A stretch of 30,609 nt of DNA from a virus (IMGVR_UViG_2529292886_000008), one strand, 5' to 3'. Positions 5,811-15,049 are shown, counted from the stretch's first letter. Made by a program: numbers and translations. The notes: generated by a model not told the origin, from the letters alone.

Positions 5811-8633
5811 ATGACGGCAGAGTACATCAGGGACTGGCAACAACCGCGCCACGCAGTGGGGCGTGAAGGAACGGGGATCCCCGCTCCTGAATCCGCGCTT
5901 TCCTCCTGGCTGGATGCCTACCGGGTAGAGAACGAGCGCCGCCAGGAAATGGCTGATGCGGCGTTCTCCGCAACGCCGCTGGGCAACCTGATTAATAAAA
6001 GCCTGGACGCACAGGAAAAACAGGACAAAACCATCACACTGGCAGGAGACGCCAGAAAACAGGCACGCGGTGCGGTGGATGAAGCCATGGCCTCGCTGCG
6101 CCTGCTGCCGTCCTATCTGCGCGATCCGCTTATTCGCCACCTCTCCTTCCTGCGCAAAAAACAGGAAGCCGATCGTCAGAAAGGCAAAAAGAGCTGGCAG
6201 GCTGAACGCTACGCGCGCGGAAACCTGCGCAAAATATTCGAACGTCTGGAGCGCACCGATCACCGCTGGCTGACACAGGGTTATCGCTCCCTTGCCGGAC
6301 GCGAACGCCTGGACGATTTGCTTTACCTGCCGCAGCTCAACAAACACCAGATACAGACGCTGGCCACCATGACGGCGGCGATGTTCAGCAGCACCTTCGA
6401 AAAACTCTGCGATGGCTTTGGCGCGACCGATGGCGAACTGACCATGGATGTAACGCTGAAGGCGTATCAGATGCTGGCCCGCATGGCGTTACACCTGCAC
6501 GCCATGCCTCCACATTATGACGCACTGACAACAGACAAAGACCGGAGGAACGAACCGGACACGGAGCTGCTGCCGGGCGCAATCCTTCGCCTGACCTGTG
6601 CGGAATGGTGGAAACGCAAACTGTGGCTGTTACGTTGCGAGTGGAGAGAAGAACAACTCCGCGCCGCCTGTCTGGTTTCCAGAAAAACATCGCCCTATCT
6701 GAGCCAGGACGCGTTAAGCGAGTTTCGCGCACAGCGCGAGAAAACACGCGATTTCCTGAAAAGTTTCATGCTGGAAAACGAAGACGGGTTCACGATTGAT
6801 CTCGAGACAGTGTATTACGCGGGAGTAAGTAACCCGGTTCACCGTAAGGCAGAAATGATGGCCACCATGAAGGGGCTGGAACTTCTGGCCGAAGCCCGTG
6901 GCGACAAAGCGGTGTTTCTGACTGTCACCTGCCCGTCAAAATACCACGCTACAACAGAGAACGGTCATCCGAATCCCAAATGGAACGGGGCCACCATGCG
7001 CGACTCCAGCGATTACCTGGTTAACACGTTTTTTGCGGCGGTCCGCAAGAAACTGAACCGCGACGGCCTGCGCTGGTATGGCATCCGCACGGTGGAGCCT
7101 CACCATGACGGCACCGTGCACTGGCATATGATGGTCTTTGCTCATCCGGAAGAAATCGACACCATTGTGTCCCACACCCGCGATATTGCCATTCAGGAAG
7201 ATCGTCACGAGCTGGGCGATGATATTACTCCGCGCTTTAAGGCGGAGTATGTCGACGGCTCAAAAGGCACGCCAACCAGCTACATCGCCACCTACATCGG
7301 AAAAAACCTGGACAGCCGCGCCGTGGATGGCATCGACCCGAAAACAGGCAAACCACGCGTTGACCACGAAACCGGAAAATCAATGACCGAGAGCGTGGAA
7401 CGCGCCATTGGCTGGGCGCGCCTTCACCGGGTCCGCCAGTTCCAGTTCTTTGGCATCCCCTCCCGTCAGGTGTGGCGTGAACTGCGTCGCCTTGCCAGCC
7501 AGATGGCACGCAACCCGGAAGGCCCGCAACGGCTGAAGGATGACGCAATGGATGCGGTTCTTGCTGCCGCTGATGCCGGATGTTTTGCCACCTACATTGA
7601 GAAACAGGGAGGCGTACTTGTTCCACGCAAGGACTACCTGATTCGCACCGCCTACGACCTCGCAGATGAGCTGAACGATTACGGCGAACAGAGCGTACAG
7701 ATTTACGGGATCTGGTCACCACTCATCGGGGAATCCTCCCGTGTGTGCACGCACCCGGATAACTGGAAGCTGGTAAGACGTAAACCGGGAGTAGAAGACA
7801 GCGCCCGCGAAAATGGTTTTGACCTTCAGGGCGGCCCTGCCGCCCCTTGGACTCGTGGCAATAACTGTCCCCGTGTACAGGAAACGGACAACAACGGGAC
7901 AGAACAGCCGGAAGAACGGCCAGCACCGTGGCCGCAGCTTCCTGACGGCGTTGACGTGAACGAATGGATGCGCTCACTGAAACGGCACGAACGCCGGGCG
8001 CTGATGCGTTCGCTTCGTGACAAACAGGCAAAAAACAGCAGTGATGAAATGCAGAGCTGGACACAGAGCCGCAAACAGCAGCGGCCTTTGCCTGATAACC
8101 ACGAATTACTCGCTAAAGAATGGCGGGAGTCTGCTGAATCTCTCGGCCTGCATATCGGTGAACAACAGATGCAGCACCTGTTACGGGGCGGCAGTCTGTA
8201 CGTTGACGGCAGCATCATTGCACCGCAGGGATTTGAAATTGTACGCAAACCGGATACCCGCCCGGACAGCCGAATCACGCAGCTCTGGCAGCGCCTGAGC
8301 CGTAATCATGGCGTAAGCAGCACGGAGATCCGCCATAACCCGGTCGCCAGCTATCTGGCACAGCTGGGGGCATCAGACCCTGAAGCCGCCGCACGCCTGG
8401 CATCCACACTTCAGCAGGACCAGAACACCATGAAAACACCCGTTACCGTGCTTTCTGACATGCTGCGCGCCATCCGCGACGCAGAGCACGCACAGAGAAT
8501 CAGTGAAACCACTGAACGCGCCAGCCGCAAAGCAGACCTGCTGCGGGGTGGCCTGACCAGTGGAAACAAAAAACAGACAGAAACGGGACTCACAAATCCC
8601 GTAAATGAGCAAAAAACGCGCCGCGATATATGA
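5811..8633 (+). CDS. A: Rolling-circle replication initiator endonuclease (P2 gpA / phage_GPA family), 940 aa
   Basis: HUH-like motif TVHWHMMVF and paired catalytic tyrosines in TSYIATYIGKN. Large size and position at end of early operon. Long charged C-terminal extension. Confidence 0.85.
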   Translation: MTAEYIRDWQQPRHAVGREGTGIPAPESALSSWLDAYRVENERRQEMADAAFSATPLGNLINKSLDAQEKQDKTITLAGDARKQARGAVDEAMASLRLLPSYLRDPLIRHLSFLRKKQEADRQKGKKSWQAERYARGNLRKIFERLERTDHRWLTQGYRSLAGRERLDDLLYLPQLNKHQIQTLATMTAAMFSSTFEKLCDGFGATDGELTMDVTLKAYQMLARMALHLHAMPPHYDALTTDKDRRNEPDTELLPGAILRLTCAEWWKRKLWLLRCEWREEQLRAACLVSRKTSPYLSQDALSEFRAQREKTRDFLKSFMLENEDGFTIDLETVYYAGVSNPVHRKAEMMATMKGLELLAEARGDKAVFLTVTCPSKYHATTENGHPNPKWNGATMRDSSDYLVNTFFAAVRKKLNRDGLRWYGIRTVEPHHDGTVHWHMMVFAHPEEIDTIVSHTRDIAIQEDRHELGDDITPRFKAEYVDGSKGTPTSYIATYIGKNLDSRAVDGIDPKTGKPRVDHETGKSMTESVERAIGWARLHRVRQFQFFGIPSRQVWRELRRLASQMARNPEGPQRLKDDAMDAVLAAADAGCFATYIEKQGGVLVPRKDYLIRTAYDLADELNDYGEQSVQIYGIWSPLIGESSRVCTHPDNWKLVRRKPGVEDSARENGFDLQGGPAAPWTRGNNCPRVQETDNNGTEQPEERPAPWPQLPDGVDVNEWMRSLKRHERRALMRSLRDKQAKNSSDEMQSWTQSRKQQRPLPDNHELLAKEWRESAESLGLHIGEQQMQHLLRGGSLYVDGSIIAPQGFEIVRKPDTRPDSRITQLWQRLSRNHGVSSTEIRHNPVASYLAQLGASDPEAAARLASTLQQDQNTMKTPVTVLSDMLRAIRDAEHAQRISETTERASRKADLLRGGLTSGNKKQTETGLTNPVNEQKTRRDI

Positions 8634-8674
8634 AGCGCGCACAAAACAGGCAAAAGCGGGATTTAAAAATCCTG
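8583..8674. promoter_or_regulatory. Inverted repeats upstream of parM; candidate ParR operator / centromere-like site
   Basis: ACGGGA-N8-TCCCGT at 8583-8602 and GGATTT-AA-AAATCC at 8659-8672, the second just upstream of the parM RBS (AGGA near 8699). The first lies inside the 3' end of gene A. Confidence 0.3.
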
Positions 8675-8709
8675 TAACCGATTAATTAATCAACATAAGG
8701 AAAAGCGAC

Positions 8710-9669
8710 ATGAAAATTTGTATCGACGACGGCTCCACCAACATCAAGCTGGCATGGACTGAGAACGGCGAACGCCGCAACGCCATCAGCCCGAACAGCT
8801 TCAAGTCGGAATGGTCTGCGCCATTCGGTGGCACGCAGCCCGCGAACTACATGCTTGATGGCGTGCGCTATAGTTTTGATCCGGTCAGCGATCGCTTTGT
8901 CCAGACGACCGACACGCAATACCAGTACAGCGATGTGAATGTAATTGCCATTCATCACGCGCTGGTCAAATCAGGCATCACACCACAGGAAGTGGATGTG
9001 GTTGTCACCCTGCCACTGAGCGAGTATTTCGATACAAACGCACAGCCGGACATGGCCAACATCAACCGCAAAAAAGCGAACGTCATGCGCCCGGTGGAGT
9101 ACCAGAACGGCGAAGCATTCACTATCCGTAACGTACGGGTTATGCCTGAATCCATTCCTGCTGGCTTTAAGGCACTGGCTGACATGAGTCCGTTTGAATC
9201 CCTGCTGATTGTGGATTTGGGCGGAACCACGCTGGATGTGGCAAAGGTTCAGGGGCAACTGGCAGGTATCAGCCAGGTGTTTTGCGATCCACACGTAGGC
9301 GTTTCTCTGATGGCCGATGCCGTACTGTCGGTGATGGCCACTAACGGTATGCGCACCAGTCACCACATCGCCAATACCATTATCGAACATCGCCATGATG
9401 AAGCCTGGCTGCGCCAGCACATCCACAATGACGCGCATTACGCCAGCCTGATGGCGGTTATTCGTGAAAAGGAAGAAACACTGAAACAACGCGTGATCCG
9501 CGCGCTGGCGGTTTTTTCGGGTTACGGGCGGGTGATGGTTGTCGGTGGCGGGGCGGAGATTGTGGCAACCGCTATCCGCGAAGCCTGCGGAGTTAATGCG
9601 ACTTTCATCGCGGACGGGGTGCCACAGTTTGCTCTGGTTAATGGGTTGTACGCAATGAACAAGGAGTAA
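8710..9669 (+). CDS. parM: Actin-like segregation ATPase ParM/StbA
   Basis: Phosphate-1 motif ICIDDGSTNIK, phosphate-2 LIVDLGGTTLDV, adenosine motif VMVVGGGAEIV. Overall pattern closely matches plasmid R1 ParM as remembered. Confidence 0.85.
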   Translation: MKICIDDGSTNIKLAWTENGERRNAISPNSFKSEWSAPFGGTQPANYMLDGVRYSFDPVSDRFVQTTDTQYQYSDVNVIAIHHALVKSGITPQEVDVVVTLPLSEYFDTNAQPDMANINRKKANVMRPVEYQNGEAFTIRNVRVMPESIPAGFKALADMSPFESLLIVDLGGTTLDVAKVQGQLAGISQVFCDPHVGVSLMADAVLSVMATNGMRTSHHIANTIIEHRHDEAWLRQHIHNDAHYASLMAVIREKEETLKQRVIRALAVFSGYGRVMVVGGGAEIVATAIREACGVNATFIADGVPQFALVNGLYAMNKE

Positions 9670-9673
9670 ACCA

Positions 9674-9988
9674 ATGACGACACCAACCAGACGGATAAGT
9701 TTCTATCTGAAGCCCGCCGCCGTCAAGAGTGAACAGGAGGCGTGCAATTACCTCGATAGCCTGCCAGCCTCCGAACGCAGCCGCGCGCAACGCGCGGCCT
9801 TTCTGGCTGGGCTAGCACTCATAAAGCGCAACCCAGCATTTGCCTACTGGATGGCCGAATGGCCAGAGGACAACCTCCCCTTCAATACCGTTAGCATCAA
9901 GGAAACATACCAGGCTAATCAGCCTAGCGGAGTTGAATGCAATTTTTATAAAATAAAAAAGAATATTCAGACCTTATTCCCAGAATAA
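9674..9988 (+). CDS. parR: Partition adaptor / repressor ParR (StbB-like)
   Basis: Immediately downstream of parM; segment RISFYLKPAAV..CNYLDSLPASERSRAQRAAFLAGLAL matches ParR N-terminal ribbon-helix-helix region from memory. Confidence 0.7.
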   Translation: MTTPTRRISFYLKPAAVKSEQEACNYLDSLPASERSRAQRAAFLAGLALIKRNPAFAYWMAEWPEDNLPFNTVSIKETYQANQPSGVECNFYKIKKNIQTLFPE

Positions 9989-10037
9989 TCTGATAATTGT
10001 ATGTGAACTAATAAAATACATACCAACACATCATTCT

Positions 10038-10059
10038 GGCACCCTTGCAACAGGGTGCC
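10038..10059. terminator. Hairpin between convergent parR and membrane-protein operon (possible bidirectional terminator)
   Basis: Perfect 8-bp stem GGCACCCT / AGGGTGCC with 6-nt loop; no strong U-run on either side. Confidence 0.4.
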
Positions 10060-10070
10060 AATGTTTCAAA

Positions 10071-10913
10071 TCATGATGAAATTGCCGAAGTTTTTTTATC
10101 GTGCTGAAGTACCGCAAATGCCATTAAAACCTCAAGAGAATAGCGGCGATAATACTTAACAAAACCATAATAAAATACTCGGGATGCAGCAAGACAAAAC
10201 AAGAGAAGAAAACAAAAAGGTAACAGCCTGATATTTATATCTATTAAAAAGGATAGAGGGAACAGACATATAAGCAACCAGACTGAAGCGAGAAAAACAA
10301 ATGTAATGTTTCTACAAAAACCATACAAAGCAACATAGTTTTGCATTTTCACCTGATGATTTTTAGAATGCTCATACACATAATGATAAGCAAGGCGAAA
10401 AAGATCGCCCCTCAAGCCCTTACGTCGATATAGCGTAGATACAGAAAAAACATTTATATAACCATCTCGTATTTGCGGCCAAAAGACTTTAATAAGTATA
10501 GAATGCAGTGTGGTTTTATGATGTTCTGCTTTATCAAAAACTGATACAGGAAGTAGAAAAACTCCACGAATAAAATGAACTATACTGAACTTAGTATTAT
10601 GTCGTTTTATTTTCAGGGGACTTCTTTTAGAAAACAGATAAATTGAAGGATACCCAAGTTTACTGTTCATATATTTTTCAATTAAACAGGATGATAGAAT
10701 AGATATGAAGTGACCTGAAATATATGACAGAACAATTAATACCACATATATAAACACACTTATTATTTCTTTATATTTCAGGATGTGGTTAAAAACACCT
10801 TCTATATAAACAGGGTTAATTTCAATAGAAAACAAAAAAAGGATAAACAGGAATAACCCACCTGGAATTAGATAGCCCAAAAAGTCATAAAATGAAAACG
10901 GATTCTGTGTCAC
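10071..10913 (-). CDS. Multi-pass inner-membrane protein (280 aa), uncharacterised; distal gene of candidate cargo module
   Basis: Long ORF in strongly AT-rich DNA, where random long ORFs are unlikely. About 4-5 hydrophobic helices. Start overlaps the stop of the upstream gene. Confidence 0.7.
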   Translation of the reverse strand: MTQNPFSFYDFLGYLIPGGLFLFILFLFSIEINPVYIEGVFNHILKYKEIISVFIYVVLIVLSYISGHFISILSSCLIEKYMNSKLGYPSIYLFSKRSPLKIKRHNTKFSIVHFIRGVFLLPVSVFDKAEHHKTTLHSILIKVFWPQIRDGYINVFSVSTLYRRKGLRGDLFRLAYHYVYEHSKNHQVKMQNYVALYGFCRNITFVFLASVWLLICLFPLSFLIDINIRLLPFCFLLLFCLAASRVFYYGFVKYYRRYSLEVLMAFAVLQHDKKTSAISS

Positions 10914-11449
10914 ACTTCCCCCTGTGTTACTTGTAAATTAAAGGGTAAAACATTATTTGTTTTCCGTAAAGGATTAGCTTTCCATCTTCTTACTAACCAT
11001 TCGAATTCTTGATATGTAGTATCCGAATTAATGCTTTCTCTGATTGCTTTAATTAATGGCTCGGCAATATCATATGTCTCTACAACTGTTGTGTAAGATG
11101 TTCTTTTTATCATTTTTTCATCATAAATACCTTCACGAATACTTACAGCAACTCGCTCGTAAAAATTTAAAATATATTGAAATTTTCGACGCTCGGCCAT
11201 TTCCTCATCTGTTATTGTACAACCATCACAAGGAAAAACATAAGAACGAAATGATTTGCCTGAACGATGCACTTGTTTCAGGGTATGCAATGACTCTATA
11301 TATTGCATATCTTGCCGACTCTCAAAAAGAAAGTTAGCCGTTTGAGTTTTCTTTGCGGTACGCACATTGTAGATAATGGTTCCAATGGCAACCAAAACGC
11401 CAAGCAGAACAATAGCATTGCTGATGATTTGTAGTGTTATTGGGTTCAT
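10910..11449 (-). CDS. Single-pass N-terminally anchored membrane protein (179 aa), uncharacterised; proximal gene of candidate cargo module
   Basis: N-terminal TM helix (ITLQIISNAIVLLGVLVAIGTIIY) followed by soluble domain with paired Cys (FPCDGC). AT-rich; overlaps downstream gene by 4 nt. Confidence 0.7.
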   Translation of the reverse strand: MNPITLQIISNAIVLLGVLVAIGTIIYNVRTAKKTQTANFLFESRQDMQYIESLHTLKQVHRSGKSFRSYVFPCDGCTITDEEMAERRKFQYILNFYERVAVSIREGIYDEKMIKRTSYTTVVETYDIAEPLIKAIRESINSDTTYQEFEWLVRRWKANPLRKTNNVLPFNLQVTQGEV

Positions 11450-11463
11450 CCTATTTCATCCAT

Positions 11464-11490
11464 AAAAAAGGCGGGGAGCAAATCCCCGCC
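11464..11490 (-). terminator. Rho-independent terminator for leftward transcription, abutting start of cargo operon
   Basis: 8-bp GC stem GGCGGGGA / TCCCCGCC with GCAAA loop, followed on the minus strand by a T6 run (plus-strand AAAAAA at 11464-11469). Confidence 0.5.
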
Positions 11491-11639
11491 TCATTAGAGG
11501 TCAACGTAGCTTAGAAACCATCAAATTCATCATACATTTTTTTCATATCAACCCCCTCATAGAAATCATAACCACGTTTTGTGGTTTTTGTGACGCATAA
11601 ACTACATCAAAGGCAAGCTACGGTCAAATATATGGGCAT

Positions 11640-11810
11640 GCTTACCTGCACAAAAGTGCACAAATTTGCACAATTTTTTTGAACGACTTTTTGCCCTTCC
11701 GGCCCGCGTGGCGGCTGGATCCGTCAGGGATCCGTGCGTGCACAAAAAAACGCGTTTTTTCTGCGCGCAGGTGACGGGGGAACAGCCCGCGTTTCAGGGG
11801 GTAAATAGCA
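11640..11810. other. Probable cos / packaging-site region (by synteny), repeat-rich
   Basis: Non-coding block downstream of portal gene as in P2. Three TGCACAA copies at ~10-11 bp spacing (11646-11680), GGATCCGT direct repeat (11718-11737), perfect palindrome AAAAAACGCGTTTTTT near 11747-11762. Exact cohesive-end sequence not verified. Confidence 0.3.
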
Positions 11811-12046
11811 TTCCATGAACGATGTCGCAGCGACACAACAGAATGGCTGTATTTCTCACACTGAGCGTGAAAAAGACGTGAGGGCTTTTGATTTGATGGG
11901 GTGACAGATAAGGCAGTCAAAATCGCACTGAGGCGGCAAGAACATGCAGTCAACGCGGTGGGATTGCGTAAGAGCCTGATCGTCGATGATGGCGATAAGC
12001 TGGAAGACGTCGTGAAATTATCTGATTGATACAGGAGCTGGAGAGT

Positions 12047-12071
12047 CGGGGCATAAATTTTTTATGCCCCG
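12047..12071 (-). terminator. Stem-loop downstream of portal gene (terminator candidate for leftward P-Q operon)
   Basis: CGGGGCATAAA / TTTATGCCCCG 11-bp inverted repeat around a T-rich loop, about 27 nt after the Q stop. Confidence 0.4.
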
Positions 12072-12097
12072 GCGAAGCAGCAGACAAGCGAAGCGCG

Positions 12098-13144
12098 TCA
12101 GGATGTGGGCTGGGTGTCTAACAGTGCGTAAGGGTTAAAGCGGATCACCTCTTCGCCAAGCCAGTCATTGATGTGCTTCATGGCCTCCATGACGGGCATC
12201 AGCTCGTTAATTGCGTAAACCCGCGCGGCCTTCTCCACATCACCAAACGCACTTTTTTCGCCCGGCATCGCCCCCATCAGTTGCGGCGGAACGCGGTGCG
12301 CAGCCAGCACATCATCACGGGATGCCGCCTTAACATTCATGAACTCATCCTTTGCGGTGATCTGCTGGAACGGCAAAATTTGCACACCTTCTTTGCCCCC
12401 GTTGGGCGCATGGATGAGCACGTTTTTAAACGCACCACCACCACGCGCGCCCTGTAACGTTTCTTTCAGGGAGTCCATGCTTTCGCGGTTTACCTGCGCT
12501 GCACCAATGTAGATGATGCACCCGGCGTGGGATCCGTTGTCGTAGTACAGTTTTCTGAACATGTCCGCCGAATGAGAAAGGCTGGCCGAGAGTAATGCGC
12601 CAAGATATTCCGGCATGCCGTAGATTTCCTGGTTAATATCCGGATTCATCAGATGGCACACTTTACTAGGGCGAAACTGAAACGCGTCCTTGCCATCCTG
12701 CACATACCACCATGATTCAAGATCGCTTCCGCGTCGCATGTATTTCGCCAGGGCGTGCCGTAATTTAAGCGGTTCGCCGAGCATATTGCTTCGAAGCTCA
12801 AGGAATGCGTTACCGAACACAAACCAGTCCAGCGCCAGCGCCGAGAAATCCTGCCGGGAAAGCAGCGGGTGCGGGATGTAGCAACCGAGTAATACATTGC
12901 GCTTAAAGTAAAGCGCAGACTGATGCCAGGACGTTTGCCGGGCAGCTCTTGCCAGACCGTACCAGTCCACCGGGGTTTCATACCACCGCCCGTTATCAGC
13001 ACAGTACATGTTGTCCAGCAGGTCATGCCCGGTCAGGCGATAAGGACCATCAAATGTGAATGCACTGAGCGATGATTCTTTCCTGAGCGCATCAGCGAGA
13101 TCAATGCGTGAACTCATGCGTACTTTTTTATTTTTTCTGCTCAT
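12098..13144 (-). CDS. Q: Portal protein (P2 gpQ-like)
   Basis: 348 aa, size and position adjacent to terminase as in P2; overlapping stop/start with gene P. Confidence 0.85.
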   Translation of the reverse strand: MSRKNKKVRMSSRIDLADALRKESSLSAFTFDGPYRLTGHDLLDNMYCADNGRWYETPVDWYGLARAARQTSWHQSALYFKRNVLLGCYIPHPLLSRQDFSALALDWFVFGNAFLELRSNMLGEPLKLRHALAKYMRRGSDLESWWYVQDGKDAFQFRPSKVCHLMNPDINQEIYGMPEYLGALLSASLSHSADMFRKLYYDNGSHAGCIIYIGAAQVNRESMDSLKETLQGARGGGAFKNVLIHAPNGGKEGVQILPFQQITAKDEFMNVKAASRDDVLAAHRVPPQLMGAMPGEKSAFGDVEKAARVYAINELMPVMEAMKHINDWLGEEVIRFNPYALLDTQPTS

Positions 13145-14895
13145 CAGAACTCCATAACCGTGAAACGCTCGTTTTCTCCTTCGCCGCCAATCGGTTCGTT
13201 AATGACAGCAAGCATGGTTGCCCACGCAAGGTCGCCGTGGCTGATCCCCCTCGCGCGGTCCGTTTCGTAAGTGATAAAGCCGCCCGGTGTTTTCACCTTA
13301 CGCACGGCGTTAAAGGCCGCGACCAGCTCGCGTTCGGCGCGATCGTATTCCCACCGCCCGGCACGCATTATTTGCAGCATTTTCAGTACCAGCGACCGTT
13401 TTGATGACAGCGTGAAGGTGTACGGGATGGCAGCAGGGAAAAACCGTTTCACTATCTGATAAACAGCCTCCCCGTTCCCGCCCGTCACATCAATGCCGAT
13501 GTGTTCCACGTTGTAGCGATACGTGAACTCTTCAATGACTCTGGCCTGTTCTTCAAACTCCAGCCCCTGAACGCGTCGCGTCTCCACCGTTCGAAAACGG
13601 CCACCAGGAACAGCCGGAGGAACCACCACGGACACAGCGCCGCTGTCACCGTTGCCACTGCTGCCGTTTGCGTCATACCCAATCCATACCGGACGATTCC
13701 CCATCGGGCGGGGAGCAAAAGGTTTCCAGTCTTTCCAGTCGTCGTATCCGTCAACACCACAGCCAATCAGGATATTCAGGTTAAATGCCGATTCCCCTTC
13801 GCGGACAAACTCACACATATAGAGATTGAGGAACTCGTCTTCGGTGTTTTCATCACGAATTTCGTCGATATCGGTGTGTTTCCAGCCGTGATTAACCACA
13901 TCTTCCAGCGTGACAATTTGCCGCCACGTCCGGTCAGGGCAGATAAGCCCGTTATGCAGCGTTTTCCAGTCCACAGAAAAACGCTGGCGTTTATGCGAGG
14001 CCTTTTTCTCGTTCCAGCGGTCGCCGTTCCAGTAGGCGTATGCCTCGTGCGTTTCGGTGGATGGCGTGGAGAAGTAGGTGCGCCGCAGTCCGCTGAGGGT
14101 TGCCATAGCGCCAGCCACCTTGCGCAGTTCAGCAAAGCGACTGACCCAGAAAAATTCATCAAAATAAAAATTGCCCGTATAGGACTGTGCCGACGCAGCA
14201 GAAGTGCCGAGAAAATGCAGCTCTGCGCCGTTGGAGAGGATGATTTTATCGCCCCCTTTCAGCTCCACATCAACTTCAGCCGCGGCCTTCTGAATAATGC
14301 TTTTAAACTGGAACGCCTGACGACGCGACGCAGACAAAAAAATCTGGTTACGCTGGTAAGGTTGCGCCACATCGTCACGCAGCGCCATCAGCAGAGCTTC
14401 CTGTGCAAAATACCAGGTCGCCCCAATCTGTCGGGATTTCAGGATCATCCTGTTACGTATCCCGGCTTCCCTGCAAAGAGTCAGGGAGTCAAACCAGCCC
14501 CGCTGATGCCACTCCAGCCTGCTGATGATTTTTTCCCGCAGTGCGGCAATCTGTTCCGGCGTGAAATGATTTTTAAGTTTTTTCGCCCGGCCTTTCTTTC
14601 CTGTGGCCGTCGCATCCGGCTGGCCATCATGCAGTTTTTTAAGCTGCCGGGTCAGCAGGTCTATTTCCTTGAAGTCACCACCTGTTTTATTCTGTTTTTC
14701 AGTAAGCTGGATGAGGCGCGCATCGATGGACTGCGTGACACGCTGCACGGGTGGCGTTTCATCCCACTGGTCGCGTTTTTTCCACGCATAAATCGTGTTC
14801 GGGTTTATTCCCATCAGACGTGAGATTTCTGCGGGCGGATAACCCTGCCAGTAAAGTTGCCGCGCACGCTGGCGCACAAAAGCGTCCTGAATCAT
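13144..14895 (-). CDS. P: Terminase large (ATPase) subunit (P2 gpP-like)
   Basis: 583 aa; divergent from O-N-M; N-terminal HTH-like segment and ATPase/nuclease-sized body; synteny with P2 P-Q. Confidence 0.85.
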   Translation of the reverse strand: MIQDAFVRQRARQLYWQGYPPAEISRLMGINPNTIYAWKKRDQWDETPPVQRVTQSIDARLIQLTEKQNKTGGDFKEIDLLTRQLKKLHDGQPDATATGKKGRAKKLKNHFTPEQIAALREKIISRLEWHQRGWFDSLTLCREAGIRNRMILKSRQIGATWYFAQEALLMALRDDVAQPYQRNQIFLSASRRQAFQFKSIIQKAAAEVDVELKGGDKIILSNGAELHFLGTSAASAQSYTGNFYFDEFFWVSRFAELRKVAGAMATLSGLRRTYFSTPSTETHEAYAYWNGDRWNEKKASHKRQRFSVDWKTLHNGLICPDRTWRQIVTLEDVVNHGWKHTDIDEIRDENTEDEFLNLYMCEFVREGESAFNLNILIGCGVDGYDDWKDWKPFAPRPMGNRPVWIGYDANGSSGNGDSGAVSVVVPPAVPGGRFRTVETRRVQGLEFEEQARVIEEFTYRYNVEHIGIDVTGGNGEAVYQIVKRFFPAAIPYTFTLSSKRSLVLKMLQIMRAGRWEYDRAERELVAAFNAVRKVKTPGGFITYETDRARGISHGDLAWATMLAVINEPIGGEGENERFTVMEF

Positions 14896-15049
14896 TGCTC
14901 CCCCTGAGTAATTACAGGAAGATTACCCGCGCGCGAAACCGTTCTCCTTAACCCCCTGTTCTGGCCGTTTTCTTACAACAAAAGCCCTTTGTATCAGCCT
15001 GTTACGCTTTGCCATCATGACTGAAGAACCAGTCAGAGGGGCAAAAACT
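14896..15049. promoter_or_regulatory. Divergent late promoter region (P-Q leftward, O-N-M-L rightward)
   Basis: Intergenic between divergent late operons; partial dyad TGT..ACA around 14957-14980, reminiscent of Ogr-type activator sites in P2 (spacing not verified). Confidence 0.35.

Noticed and set aside
5274-6347. 357-aa minus-strand ORF
   Set aside because: Lies antisense to the well-supported replication gene A and the upstream gene; GC-rich antisense frames commonly stay open; no RBS or recognisable motifs.
11056-11337. 93-aa plus-strand ORF in the AT-rich cargo region
   Set aside because: Antisense to the 179-aa membrane-protein gene and shorter than it; no RBS.
11642-11953. 103-aa minus-strand ORF in the putative cos region
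   Set aside because: Spans obvious repeat and palindrome elements, Arg-rich, no RBS; likely a chance open frame.
13501-14823. 440-aa plus-strand ORF
   Set aside because: Antisense to the terminase large subunit gene; low-complexity Arg/Pro-rich translation typical of a GC-rich antisense frame.
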